A stretch of 64,000 bases of DNA, taken from contig JAHQWJ010000134.1 in assembly GCA_029856125.1 (NCBI GenBank), forward strand, positions 21,783-85,782. Direction: 5' to 3'. Origin of the DNA: Promethearchaeia archaeon. Its GTDB lineage: Archaea > Asgardarchaeota > Lokiarchaeia > Sigyniarchaeales > SOKP01. How positions within the stretch are numbered: the stretch's first letter is position 1; each line of letters opens with the position of its first letter. The notes under the pieces were generated by a model. It saw only the letters and a list, made by a program, of their open reading frames with translations. It made no database searches and was not told where the DNA came from. Positions 28,238 to 38,504 of the stretch are shown piece after piece. The position numbers were made by a program, and so were the translations under genes.

Positions 28238-30065
28238 GAATAAAATTATCTCTGGATATATTTCATCCATAAATGGCTCTTTAATTGAAATAAAAGGCTT
28301 AGAAGATCAAGTCCGCCTTAACGATTTAGTAAAGGAGTCTAATCATAAAATCTTAGGTGAAGTTATCCAAATTTATTCTGATCATGTTATAGCAAAGGTT
28401 TTTGAAAATACAAATAATTTAAAATTAAATGGAGAAATTATAAGTCTGCAAGAACCTTTGTCTATGGAATTAGGTCCTGGGTTATTAGGTCAAATTTTTG
28501 ATGGGATTCAGAGACCGCTAGAAGCAACTTTTTTAGAATCTGACTCACGTGGGTTCTTAAATAGAGGGGTAGATATTCCATCATTATCCCGAAAGAAAAA
28601 GTGGATTTTTAAGCCTTTGAGAAAGGTCAATGAAAAAGTAAAAATGGGATATGTAATAGGAACAATTCAAGAAACTGAACTAATAAAGCATAAAATTATG
28701 GTTCCTATAGGAGTTTCTGGAAAAATCACATATATTGCTGAAGAAGGAGAATATTCAATAATTGATGAGATTTACCGCTTAAAAAGGGGAAAAGATGAAA
28801 AATCCTTTAATATGATCCAAAAGTGGCCAATTACAAAGCATAGACCTTACAAAGAACGAGGTTATCCTCAAGAACCATTGATTACTGGAATGAGAGCAAT
28901 AGATTTATTATTCCCTATAGTAAAGGGTGGAACGGTAGCTGTTCCTGGGGGGTTTGGAACTGGGAAGACCGTTATCCAACAGTCTCTTGCAAAATGGTGT
29001 AATGCCGATGTGATTGTGTTCGTGGGTTGCGGAGAACGAGGAAACGAGATAGCTGATGTTTTGAAACAATTTTCTGAAATTAGAGATCCTAAAACTGGTC
29101 GCTCGCTTCTTGAAAGAATCGTGATAATAGCTAATACCTCTAATATGCCTGTTTCTGCTCGGGAAGCTAGTATTTTCTCAGGGGTTACAATAGGAGAGTA
29201 TTATCGAGATATGGGTTATGATGTAGCAGTTTTAGCTGATAGCACTTCAAGATGGGCAGAATCTTTGCGGGAAATTTCCGGACTATTAGAAGAAATGCCC
29301 GCCGAAGAGGGATATCCTGCGTATTTACCCTCAAAAATTTCGAGCTTCTACGAAAGAGCAGGTGTAGTTAATGTATACGGTGAGGAAGACGTTGGAAAGA
29401 AAAATTATGGGTCTTTAACTATTATTGGATCTGTATCACCCCCGTCTGGAGATTTTAGTGAACCTGTAACATCAACTACAAAGCGTTTTGTTCAAGCTTT
29501 TTGGGCTTTAGATGCGAGTTTAGCTTATTCTAAACATTATCCCGCAATAAATTGGTTAAAATCATACTCAAAATATCCCGAATTTATATCAGATTGGTGG
29601 TATGAAAGAGATATTTATTGGCCTGAGATAGACATTGATTGGTATGAATGTAGAAATCAGATAAATATCATACTATCTCAAGAAAATGAATTGAAAAATG
29701 TTGTTCAATTAGTAGGCGAAGAAAATTTACCTAAAAATCAACAATTTATCCTTTTTATTGCAAGACTAGTCAGAAACAGTTTTTTAATTCAAAATGCTTT
29801 TGATCTTACAGATTGTTTTACAGGAATTAAAAAATTAATTGGAAGTGTGAAACTTATTTTACTTCTTTTTAACGAGGGTAAACAACTTCTAAATAGAGGA
29901 TTTCTAATTGAAGATATAAAAGATTTGAAAGTTATAAATGAGATTCTAAGGATTGGGCGCTCAGTTTCTAACGATGATTTTAAGGCTTTAGAGAGGTTAA
30001 AAAAGAAACTGATCAATGAAATAGAATCTTTAAAATTACTTCATGGAGTATTTAAGAGAAAATGA
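28224..30065 (+). CDS. atpA: A/V-type ATPase catalytic subunit A
   Basis: Walker [46 protein letters not shown] and [13 protein letters not shown] motifs. Confidence 0.97.
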   Translation: MNESENKIISGYISSINGSLIEIKGLEDQVRLNDLVKESNHKILGEVIQIYSDHVIAKVFENTNNLKLNGEIISLQEPLSMELGPGLLGQIFDGIQRPLEATFLESDSRGFLNRGVDIPSLSRKKKWIFKPLRKVNEKVKMGYVIGTIQETELIKHKIMVPIGVSGKITYIAEEGEYSIIDEIYRLKRGKDEKSFNMIQKWPITKHRPYKERGYPQEPLITGMRAIDLLFPIVKGGTVAVPGGFGTGKTVIQQSLAKWCNADVIVFVGCGERGNEIADVLKQFSEIRDPKTGRSLLERIVIIANTSNMPVSAREASIFSGVTIGEYYRDMGYDVAVLADSTSRWAESLREISGLLEEMPAEEGYPAYLPSKISSFYERAGVVNVYGEEDVGKKNYGSLTIIGSVSPPSGDFSEPVTSTTKRFVQAFWALDASLAYSKHYPAINWLKSYSKYPEFISDWWYERDIYWPEIDIDWYECRNQINIILSQENELKNVVQLVGEENLPKNQQFILFIARLVRNSFLIQNAFDLTDCFTGIKKLIGSVKLILLLFNEGKQLLNRGFLIEDIKDLKVINEILRIGRSVSNDDFKALERLKKKLINEIESLKLLHGVFKRK

Positions 30066-31453
30066 GCGTTATATATCGAAAAATAAAAAAAATTATTGGC
30101 CCTTTAGTGTTCTTAGATAATAAACACGACGTCCAATACGGTGAGATCGTTAAAATCCATTCAAATGATGGTAAGGTGCGAACGGGGCAAGTTATTAAAA
30201 TGGACGAAAGTACCATAACAATTGAAGTGTTTGAAGAAACAGCTGGGTTATCATCAGAAAACTCTACAATAAGGTTTACCGAAAATTCCTTTAAAATTAA
30301 AATATCTAGCGATATGTTTGGCAGAGTATTTAATTCATTAGGAAAACCGATTGACATTAACACTAAACAAGTATTAGATACGGAAATATTAACTGAAATC
30401 GAAAGAGACATAAATGGTTTACCAATTAATCCATATGCTAGAGAGTACCCATCAGAAGTCATTCAAACGGGAATATCGGTAATAGATGGTCTCTTTACAT
30501 TGATAAGAGGCCAAAAACTTCCTATTTTCAGTAGTCAAGGAATGCCACACAATTTATTAGCTGCACAAATTGTTACCCAAGCAAAAGTATTAACTGAGGA
30601 ACCTTTTCTTATAATTTTTTGCGGTATTGGGATTATTCAAGATGAAGCGATTTTCTTTATGAAGAAATTTCAAGAAAGTGGTAACATCCAGAATATAATT
30701 TCTTTTATCAATTTTGCTGACGATCCGATAATGGAACGATTAATTGTGCCCCGTGTGGCCTTAACTACAGCTGAATATTTTGCTTTCGAAAAAGAAATGC
30801 ATGTTCTAGTTATTTTGATTGACATGACTAATTACGCAGAGGCATTGAGAGAACTAAGTTCTGCTAAAAAAGAAATACCAAGCAGAAAAGGATATCCCGG
30901 GTACTTATACACAGATTTTGCCTCAATATATGAAAGGACGGGCAAAATTAAAGGTAAAAAGGGAACGATAACGCAATTACCGATTTTAACAATGCCAGGA
31001 GAAGATATCTCTCATCCAATTCCGGATACTACTGGCTATATAACTGAAGGACAATTGGTTTTAAATCGTAGTATAGATAAAAAAGGCATATATCCCCCGT
31101 TTGAGGTTTTAGCGTCAATTTCACGTTTAATGAAGGATGCTATTGGTGAAAAGACGACGAGAGAAGATCATGCAGATGTAAGCTCTCAATTGTTATCTTC
31201 TTACTCCTCGGCTCTTGAAATTAGAGATCTTATATCTATAGTGGGAGAAGATGGTTTAAATTTTAATCAAAAAGCCCTATTGAAATTTGGAGAAGCATTT
31301 GAAATGTCATTTTTAAATCAAAGCCATACCGAAAACAGAGACATTAAAACAACATTAGATTTAGCTTGGAAAGCATTATCTCATATTCCAAGGCATCAGC
31401 TATTGAGAATTCGTCAAGAATTTATCGATAAGTACTATGTTGGAGAGGTGTAG
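30062..31453 (+). CDS. atpB: A/V-type ATPase subunit B
   Basis: [43 protein letters not shown] and the arginine finger in SISRLM. Confidence 0.96.
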   Translation: MSVIYRKIKKIIGPLVFLDNKHDVQYGEIVKIHSNDGKVRTGQVIKMDESTITIEVFEETAGLSSENSTIRFTENSFKIKISSDMFGRVFNSLGKPIDINTKQVLDTEILTEIERDINGLPINPYAREYPSEVIQTGISVIDGLFTLIRGQKLPIFSSQGMPHNLLAAQIVTQAKVLTEEPFLIIFCGIGIIQDEAIFFMKKFQESGNIQNIISFINFADDPIMERLIVPRVALTTAEYFAFEKEMHVLVILIDMTNYAEALRELSSAKKEIPSRKGYPGYLYTDFASIYERTGKIKGKKGTITQLPILTMPGEDISHPIPDTTGYITEGQLVLNRSIDKKGIYPPFEVLASISRLMKDAIGEKTTREDHADVSSQLLSSYSSALEIRDLISIVGEDGLNFNQKALLKFGEAFEMSFLNQSHTENRDIKTTLDLAWKALSHIPRHQLLRIRQEFIDKYYVGEV

Positions 31454-32098
31454 ATTAAAGCGTCATTTCGTGAATTTAGACCTACTAAAACCAATTTACT
31501 TGCGTTAAAGAAAAGGTTAACCTTCGCTGTTAAGGGGGAAAACTTCTTAAAATTTAAATTGGAACAGATAATATATGAACTTAAAGAGAATTGGGTTGAA
31601 TACGTAAAAAATCGCGATATTTTCATCGATTTATATAAAGAAACTATGATCAAGCTTAACCAAACCTATAAAGAAATGGGAAAAAGAGATTTTATCCTAA
31701 TTAGCAGTTTAAGCAAGATTCAGTTTCAACCAAAGATAGATATAAAGTATATTAAAAAAATAGGCTCGTTAATTCCGTTAATTGAATATAAATTGATAAG
31801 AGAAGAATTACTACCTGCCTATTCATTTGAGAATACAAGCCATTATTTAGATGATTTAATAACAATTTTAATAAAATTTTTTAATCAAATAATCGTTTTT
31901 GCTATGCTAGAAGATGTAATGCTAAATATCTCTTATTCTTATCGAAAAATAAATCGGAGGATTAGAGGTTTGAAAAATATAATAATCCCCGATTTACAAC
32001 TCGATATAAAAAAAATAAAAGGGATATTAGAAGAAAACGAAAGAGAAAATTACGTTAGATTAAAAAATACAAAAGACTTAATAACAAAAGAAGTTTAA
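31454..32098 (+). CDS. atpD: A/V-type ATPase subunit D; no ATG/GTG/TTG precedes its conserved N-terminus (ATT 31454 proposed)
   Basis: The 35 in-frame codons before TTG 31559 encode FRPTKTNLLALKKRLTFAVKGENFLKFK, the conserved N-helix. C-terminal NRRIRGLKNIIIP...LEENERE. Confidence 0.9.
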   Translation: MKASFREFRPTKTNLLALKKRLTFAVKGENFLKFKLEQIIYELKENWVEYVKNRDIFIDLYKETMIKLNQTYKEMGKRDFILISSLSKIQFQPKIDIKYIKKIGSLIPLIEYKLIREELLPAYSFENTSHYLDDLITILIKFFNQIIVFAMLEDVMLNISYSYRKINRRIRGLKNIIIPDLQLDIKKIKGILEENERENYVRLKNTKDLITKEV

Positions 32099-32115
32099 GT
32101 TAGTGAGATTTAACT

Positions 32116-34398
32116 ATGACAGAAAAAAGTGGTATGGTTTTGTTTAATATCAACATTAACCAAAATTATAAGGACATCCTTTTACAATATTTGGCTCAAC
32201 TTAACTTAGTACACATCAAAACTAAATCGGAGTTAGGCGAAAAATTTGAAAAAGACGATATGATTTTAGAAAAAATTAATATTCTAAGCCAAAGTTTAGA
32301 ATCCTTATTTAAAAATCTTGATATTACTGAATCTGATTTCGAAAAAATAAAAATTAAACCAGATCAAAGGAAAAAATTTGAAGCAAAAGATGTTTATGAT
32401 ATATTAAGCCAATTAATAAATGAAATTAGCTATTACTCTCACCGAATTGATGAGCTAAAAAAGTATCGCACCTCAATTGAAGTAGAGCTAGAAAAAATAA
32501 ATACGATACACGCGAGTTACCTTTTCTTAGAAAAATATAAATTAACCAGAGACAAATTAAAAGTATTCGACCATTTAGAATTTAAAGCTTTTACTACATT
32601 TTCAAAGAATTTAGAGAACATAGAGAATATATTCGAATTTTCTCATTTCCCAAATTTTCTTCATTACGATAATTTAGCTGACGATAGAATAGCATTTTTT
32701 ATAATTTATCCAAAGAAACAGGAAGAAGAATTCAAAAACAGAATCCGCATAATTCACGCAGAGGAAATACCTATTCTAAAAAAATATTTACTTGCTAACG
32801 GAATAAACTTTCCTCGAATTACAAAAGAAATAAAATTTGTTATAACATCTTTGAACAAGAATAATAAAGAGTTGGAAAGAATAAGGGATGATAATCTGCT
32901 TCTTTTTGCCGCCGCCTATGAAATTGTTCAAAATCTAGAAGAATATAACTGGGTTTCACATCAATTCGAAGATTTACCTTTAAATCGAAATAGTTTGAGC
33001 TTTTACCTTCCTAGTGAGAAAAAAGAGGAAATTCGCCAAGGATTGGTGGAAAAATTTGAAGATCGAATAACCATTGAATCGATTGATATCAAAAAACATA
33101 AATTTGTAACATTAAAAGAAGACAAAGATCATGTACATTCGGGTAAATTGAAAGAAAAAAAGGACGATACTGATTCTAAAGAGGAATCTACTGAGCACGA
33201 GGAGAAAGAAAAGGATTTAAGAGACAGTGCCCCTACTATTATGAGAAATAACTTCTTGGTTAGACCTTTTGAAACCATTACTAAAATGTATGGGGTTCCT
33301 ACTTATTCTGAAATTGATCCTACACCTTTGATAGCAATAACATTCCCAATTTTATTTGGCATAATGTTTGGGGATATGGGACATGGTTTAGTTTTAATTA
33401 TATCAGGTTTTGTTGGTTGGTTAGTTTTTAGAAATAAAAAAGGGAAAGATTTTCTAAATTTTTGCTGGATCATTTTTTATTGCGGGTTTGGTGCTGTATT
33501 AATGGGATTTCTCTATGGTGAATTCTTTGGCATGCACGAGATAAAGTTATTAAATACCGTTTTTATGCATTTAGAACCTGTCAATATTCCCATAGTAAAT
33601 ATTACTCTCAATAATCCATTAAATAACATTATGACCGTTTTCAAGTTTGCCGTAATAATTGGAGTATTTCACCTTAATCTGGGTTGGTTTGTGCAATTTT
33701 TGAACTATTGGAATCAATCTAGGAAATTTTTAGGTTTTACCGATTCTTTAGTGAAAATAATGATATTGACTGGGGGAACTATTTTAATTTTTACTTATGG
33801 GTTTGATATATATACCTGGTTAGAACCGCCTTACCCCATTCTTCTGCCATTAGTTCCTGGTATATTATTAATTGTTTTAAAACCATTTGGTAAGATATTC
33901 CATTTATCTTATTTAAAAGAAGAGACGGTGGGAGGACTTATAGGTGAAGGCACTATGGAAGCGTTTGAAACTTTATTGTCAATCATGAGTAATGCGGCTT
34001 CTTATATAAGATTACTAGCTTTAGCCCTAGCACACATATCTCTAATGGTTGCAATTATAGCTATGGGTAATTTAGTTCAAGGTGAAGGTATTGTTAACGA
34101 TATCGTTAATGTCGTGGGCTCTATTTTTGGTAACATGCTTGTTATATTGCTTGAAGGATTATTAGTTTTTATAAATGCAATCAGACTTCATTTTTATGAA
34201 TTTTTCTTTAAATTTTATCAAGGAAGTGGAGTGAATTATATTCCGTTCTACCTAAATGATAATTATTCTGTAATTCTTTTCGAGGTAACAAGCATCAAAG
34301 ACGTAATATCCGAAGAAATTGAAAGAGAAATTGAATCAAAAGTCACACATGATGACATAATTGAGGCAGAAAAGTTAGTTTCTAAAAAATATTTTTAA
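32116..34398 (+). CDS. atpI: A/V-type ATPase subunit I (a)
   Basis: PTYSEIDPT, FGIMFGDMGHG, essential Arg in SYIRLLAL, and RLHFYEFFFKFY. Confidence 0.95.
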   Translation: MTEKSGMVLFNININQNYKDILLQYLAQLNLVHIKTKSELGEKFEKDDMILEKINILSQSLESLFKNLDITESDFEKIKIKPDQRKKFEAKDVYDILSQLINEISYYSHRIDELKKYRTSIEVELEKINTIHASYLFLEKYKLTRDKLKVFDHLEFKAFTTFSKNLENIENIFEFSHFPNFLHYDNLADDRIAFFIIYPKKQEEEFKNRIRIIHAEEIPILKKYLLANGINFPRITKEIKFVITSLNKNNKELERIRDDNLLLFAAAYEIVQNLEEYNWVSHQFEDLPLNRNSLSFYLPSEKKEEIRQGLVEKFEDRITIESIDIKKHKFVTLKEDKDHVHSGKLKEKKDDTDSKEESTEHEEKEKDLRDSAPTIMRNNFLVRPFETITKMYGVPTYSEIDPTPLIAITFPILFGIMFGDMGHGLVLIISGFVGWLVFRNKKGKDFLNFCWIIFYCGFGAVLMGFLYGEFFGMHEIKLLNTVFMHLEPVNIPIVNITLNNPLNNIMTVFKFAVIIGVFHLNLGWFVQFLNYWNQSRKFLGFTDSLVKIMILTGGTILIFTYGFDIYTWLEPPYPILLPLVPGILLIVLKPFGKIFHLSYLKEETVGGLIGEGTMEAFETLLSIMSNAASYIRLLALALAHISLMVAIIAMGNLVQGEGIVNDIVNVVGSIFGNMLVILLEGLLVFINAIRLHFYEFFFKFYQGSGVNYIPFYLNDNYSVILFEVTSIKDVISEEIEREIESKVTHDDIIEAEKLVSKKYF

Positions 34399-34441
34399 TT
34401 ATAAACTTTAGTTCCAAATATTGAAAGAAATAGCTATCAAA

Positions 34442-34966
34442 ATGGCAGAAAAAAACATTTATAAAAAAAAAAAAGACAGGAAATTTCTTAGAATCCTAAT
34501 AATAATCATATTTCTGCCTCTAATGATCTTTTTCTATTTTTTTTTAGTTAACCTCGGGATTAACCCATTCCTAGTAATCTTAATGCTAGCTTTTGCATCT
34601 TTAATCTTTACAGGTTCTTTTTTCATGAAGAAAAGAAAGAGATCAATTTATTCCGAATTATTTCCCGACAAAAAACGGAATAGGATTCAACGCCCCCCCC
34701 GAAAAATAGAATTGAAAATACAAGCTGAGTCAGAGGTTTTTGAAAAACCAAAATTTCGAGACGTTAACCTTGATTTTAAATATCGAAAAACTCTCATTAA
34801 TAAATGCGAAAATTGTGGAATGATAATAACAAGTTATAAAAAACATTGCCCTATATGCGGCAATTCTATAGAACTAAAAGAACTTATTAAGAAATGTAGT
34901 AGTTGTGGGATGACTATTCCAAAATCTACGAAAAAGTGCCCTATTTGTGGGACAAGAACAATATAA
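34442..34966 (+). CDS. Membrane protein with two TM helices and tandem double zinc-ribbon repeats (TTG 34421 is an alternative start)
   Basis: CENCG..CPICG and CSSCG..CPICG follow a hydrophobic hairpin. Confidence 0.8.
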   Translation: MAEKNIYKKKKDRKFLRILIIIIFLPLMIFFYFFLVNLGINPFLVILMLAFASLIFTGSFFMKKRKRSIYSELFPDKKRNRIQRPPRKIELKIQAESEVFEKPKFRDVNLDFKYRKTLINKCENCGMIITSYKKHCPICGNSIELKELIKKCSSCGMTIPKSTKKCPICGTRTI

Positions 34967-35004
34967 TTCAGAGAAAAATTCCCTAGTAAAAGGTAAAAAA
35001 TAAA

Positions 35005-36849
35005 ATGATTGTAGAAAGTAAAGAATCTCAAGAAGGGTTTATATCTGCTGTTAATGGGTCACTAGTGGAAATCAAAGGCTTGGAGAATTACGTTCGTCTT
35101 AACGATCTAATTAAAATAAGCAATCATAACTTCCTATGTCAAGTAATTCAAATTTATTCAGACCGGATAATAGCTCAATCCTTTGAAAATACGAATAGTA
35201 TAAAATTGAACGAAAAAGTTATCAACCTTCACGAACCCTTATCAATGGAACTAGGACCTGGGCTATTAGCAAATGTTTTTGATGGGATACAAAGACCATT
35301 GGACATTACTTTTGATTTCTTTCAAGAAGGAAGATTAAATAAAGGACTTGAATTTCCTTCTCTTTCAAGGACTAAAAAGTGGCATTTTATCCCCAGTAGA
35401 AAGGAAAAAAATACTGTTCTCAGTGGTGATGAGATTGGAACAGTTCAAGAAACTGTAATGTTAAAACACAGAATTATGGTACCACCTGGTTTTTCAGGAA
35501 GTATATCTTACATTGCCGAAGAAGGGGATTATACAATAGTTGATGATATATACAGCTTGAAAAATGATACTGAAGAAAAAACTTTTTGTATGTTGCAAAA
35601 ATGGCCAGTAACCGAGAGAAAGCCTTTCAGCGAAAAAGTACAACCAAGAGAGCCCCTTCTGACTGGCGTTCGTACAATAGATTTGTTATTTCCTGTAGCT
35701 AAAGGCGGAACTTTTGCAGTGCCTGGAGGTTTTGGAACTGGAAAAACTATTATCCAGCAAAACATAGCTAAGTATTGCAGCGCGGATTTAATTGTGTTTA
35801 TCGGTTGCGGAGAACCAGGCAATGAGATAGCTAACTTTCTAAAACAGTTTACTGAAACAATAGACCCTGCTACTGGAAGGCCGTTATTGGACCGTATAGT
35901 CTTAATCGTGAATACATCTAATATGCCCGTATCTGCTCGTGAAGCAAGTTTATTCTCGGGAATTACAATTGCTGAATATTACAGAGATATGGGATACGAT
36001 GTCGCGGTTATAGCAGATAGCATTTCAAGATGGGCTGAATCGTTAAGAGAGATTTCCGGGCTATTAGAAGAAATGCCTGCCGAAGAAGGCTACCCCGCAT
36101 ATTTACCATCTAAATTATCAAGTTTTTATGAAAGAGCTGGTATTGTGGCAACTTTAGGACGCGATCCTAATGGTAAAACTAGAAAAGGATCAATAACGAT
36201 AATTGGTTCAATCTCTCCTCCAGCAGGAGATTTTAGTGAACCGGTAACTTCCGCTACTAAACGAGTTGTTCAAGGAATATGGGCACTCGATCCTAAAATG
36301 GCGTATTTAAAGCATTATCCCGCCATTAGTTGGATTAATTCTTATTCAAATTACCCTGAATATGTAGCAGATTGGTGGGAAGAAATTGATAAAGAATGGC
36401 CTGATATAAAATTAAACTGGTTTGAGTGTAGAAAACAAGTAAATGAAATATTAGCAAAGGAAAACGACCTAAAATACATAATACAGCTTCTAGGACAAAA
36501 AAGCTTAGCTGAAGATCAAAAATTAGAACTCTATATAGCCAATCTAATAAGAAATGCTTTTTTTATTCAAAATGCTTTTAACGAAGTTGATAATTTTACG
36601 AGCAGCAGGAAAATGTTAGGACTTATTAAGATTATACTTCTCTTATATAATGAGAGTAAAACACTACTAAAGCAAGGTTTTGTAATAGACGAGAAAAAAT
36701 GCGATGATATCCTTAACGAGATTATGAGGATTAGCCACTATGTTCCTAATAATAATTTTAGCCCGATCGAAAAACTTAAGGATGGAATACTAAATAAAAC
36801 AGTAAATTTAGTCTATAATATTCATCGAAAGCAAGGATTATCCAAATAG
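35005..36849 (+). CDS. atpA: Second A/V-type ATPase subunit A paralogue (GCGEPGNE variant)
   Basis: Collinear with 28224..30065; Walker A GGFGTGKT and [13 protein letters not shown] intact; CCA (Pro) at 35815-35817 where atpA1 has CGA (Arg). Confidence 0.93.
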   Translation: MIVESKESQEGFISAVNGSLVEIKGLENYVRLNDLIKISNHNFLCQVIQIYSDRIIAQSFENTNSIKLNEKVINLHEPLSMELGPGLLANVFDGIQRPLDITFDFFQEGRLNKGLEFPSLSRTKKWHFIPSRKEKNTVLSGDEIGTVQETVMLKHRIMVPPGFSGSISYIAEEGDYTIVDDIYSLKNDTEEKTFCMLQKWPVTERKPFSEKVQPREPLLTGVRTIDLLFPVAKGGTFAVPGGFGTGKTIIQQNIAKYCSADLIVFIGCGEPGNEIANFLKQFTETIDPATGRPLLDRIVLIVNTSNMPVSAREASLFSGITIAEYYRDMGYDVAVIADSISRWAESLREISGLLEEMPAEEGYPAYLPSKLSSFYERAGIVATLGRDPNGKTRKGSITIIGSISPPAGDFSEPVTSATKRVVQGIWALDPKMAYLKHYPAISWINSYSNYPEYVADWWEEIDKEWPDIKLNWFECRKQVNEILAKENDLKYIIQLLGQKSLAEDQKLELYIANLIRNAFFIQNAFNEVDNFTSSRKMLGLIKIILLLYNESKTLLKQGFVIDEKKCDDILNEIMRISHYVPNNNFSPIEKLKDGILNKTVNLVYNIHRKQGLSK

Positions 36850-36868
36850 GTTTCTTTAAATTCTTAAT

Positions 36869-37471
36869 TTAAGGTTTGAACCATTCAAAGAAGTAGTAAC
36901 TCATTGTTAGCGGATTAGCAATCACAAATTTCTTCCGAACTGATGTAGCTAATCTTCCCGCTCGAACCATATCAATCGCAGTTATTTTTGCATTTTGTGG
37001 CAATACATGAGCGATAAATGGTGAATGTTCTAATCCCGGACCTTTTTTATATACCACAAAATCGGCTCCAAACTTAAGTCCTGGACGAGGAATATAGCCT
37101 TTTTGTCGTAAATCTTGGTAAATTATGAATTTTTCTTCAAATTTATGGTGCATTTTTTTACAGATATCATAAAATTCGTCATGAGAGTAAAATTTATCTA
37201 ATTTTGGGTCAAAGATTGTAATTTTATCATTTTTCAGCAGAAATAGCGCTTCGATTAAGGATAGCTCAGAAGGTTTAGAAAAATACTCCAAACGGGGTTT
37301 ACTTATCCCCAGAGGAGACCCAAAAAAATTCATTTTAACATACAAATATGATGCAAAGAGAGGGTTAAAAACGATTACACGGTTGTTTAAATACTTTGTT
37401 GGTATTCTTTCTGGGATGTCCTTTTCATCAATGTCTTCTAGTGAAATAGGGGGTTCTTTTTCGTCAGTCAT
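36869..37471 (-). CDS. endA: tRNA-intron (splicing) endonuclease
   Basis: LSLIEALFL, YQDLRQKGY..RPGLKFGADFVVY, GPGLEHS and RLATSVRK carry the Tyr/His/Lys triad. Confidence 0.93.
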   Translation of the reverse strand: MTDEKEPPISLEDIDEKDIPERIPTKYLNNRVIVFNPLFASYLYVKMNFFGSPLGISKPRLEYFSKPSELSLIEALFLLKNDKITIFDPKLDKFYSHDEFYDICKKMHHKFEEKFIIYQDLRQKGYIPRPGLKFGADFVVYKKGPGLEHSPFIAHVLPQNAKITAIDMVRAGRLATSVRKKFVIANPLTMSYYFFEWFKP

Positions 37472-37578
37472 CTAATAAGATTTATTAAAAATAATTTAAT
37501 AATTCTTTCAATTTGCTTTCCACCAGATGAAAGTATATAAATTTTTAAATAAATGTTATTTATAACAAGGTGAGAAAA

Positions 37579-38460
37579 TTGGGAATAAGAAAAGCATCAC
37601 ACGCAGGAAGTTGGTACCCTAAAAATCGTGAAGATTTAATAAGGGATTTGGAATATAATTTTTCTGAAAGTGAATTTGGGCCCGGTTTGTTACCTGAAAC
37701 ATTAAATCTAGATACAAGAACAATAATTGGTGGAGTTTCTCCTCACGCGGGATACGCCTTTTCTGGAAGATGTGCAGCTTATACTTACTTGAATCTCTTT
37801 AAAGAAAAAATCCCAGATACTGTTATTGTTTTGGGAACTGACCATGTTGGCTATGGAAAAGTGGCTCTATTAGGAGATGGCGCTTGGGAAACGCCTTTAG
37901 GGAACTTACTAATTGACGACGAATTATCTAAAAAGATTTTAGATACCAGTGATATTATTGTAGAAGATCGTTCTGCTTTCACCGACTTCATGGAACAGGA
38001 ACATAATATTGAAATACAATTACCTTTCATTAAATATTGTGCTAAAGAGAAAGATGTAAAAATAGTAACGCTAAAAATTGGAATTAGAAGGGATTATGGC
38101 GTATTTGAAAAAATAGCCTCTGATATTTCTGCATCAATCAAAGCGGTAAATAAAGATATTGTTATCGTAGCATCGTCTGATATGTCACATAAAGAGGTTT
38201 TTGATGCAAATCAATTAAGTGAGTTTAAGAAATTTGATCAAGATGTTATTGATGCTTTTGTAGAATTAAACCCTAAAAAAACTCTTTCAGCTGCTTCAAA
38301 GACAACCGTATGCGGAGCCCAAACAATAACGACTTTAATGTTAATTTGTGAAAAATTAAACGCTACTAAAGGTGAATTATTAAAATATTATACTAGTAGC
38401 GATATTAAGGGCGGATATGGATATTGTGTTGGTTATTTTTCGGGGATTATTCAAAAATAA
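37579..38460 (+). CDS. MEMO1 family protein (AmmeMemoRadiSam system protein B); TTG 37579 follows AAGGTGA (track start 37570)
   Basis: HAGSWYP, PHAGYAFSG, EHNIEIQLPF, ASSDMSH, TVCG and VGY motifs. Confidence 0.92.
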   Translation: MGIRKASHAGSWYPKNREDLIRDLEYNFSESEFGPGLLPETLNLDTRTIIGGVSPHAGYAFSGRCAAYTYLNLFKEKIPDTVIVLGTDHVGYGKVALLGDGAWETPLGNLLIDDELSKKILDTSDIIVEDRSAFTDFMEQEHNIEIQLPFIKYCAKEKDVKIVTLKIGIRRDYGVFEKIASDISASIKAVNKDIVIVASSDMSHKEVFDANQLSEFKKFDQDVIDAFVELNPKKTLSAASKTTVCGAQTITTLMLICEKLNATKGELLKYYTSSDIKGGYGYCVGYFSGIIQK

Positions 38461-38504
38461 AGCAAAATAAAAAACCTAAAATTAAAGAAAAAATATTGAG
38501 AAAT

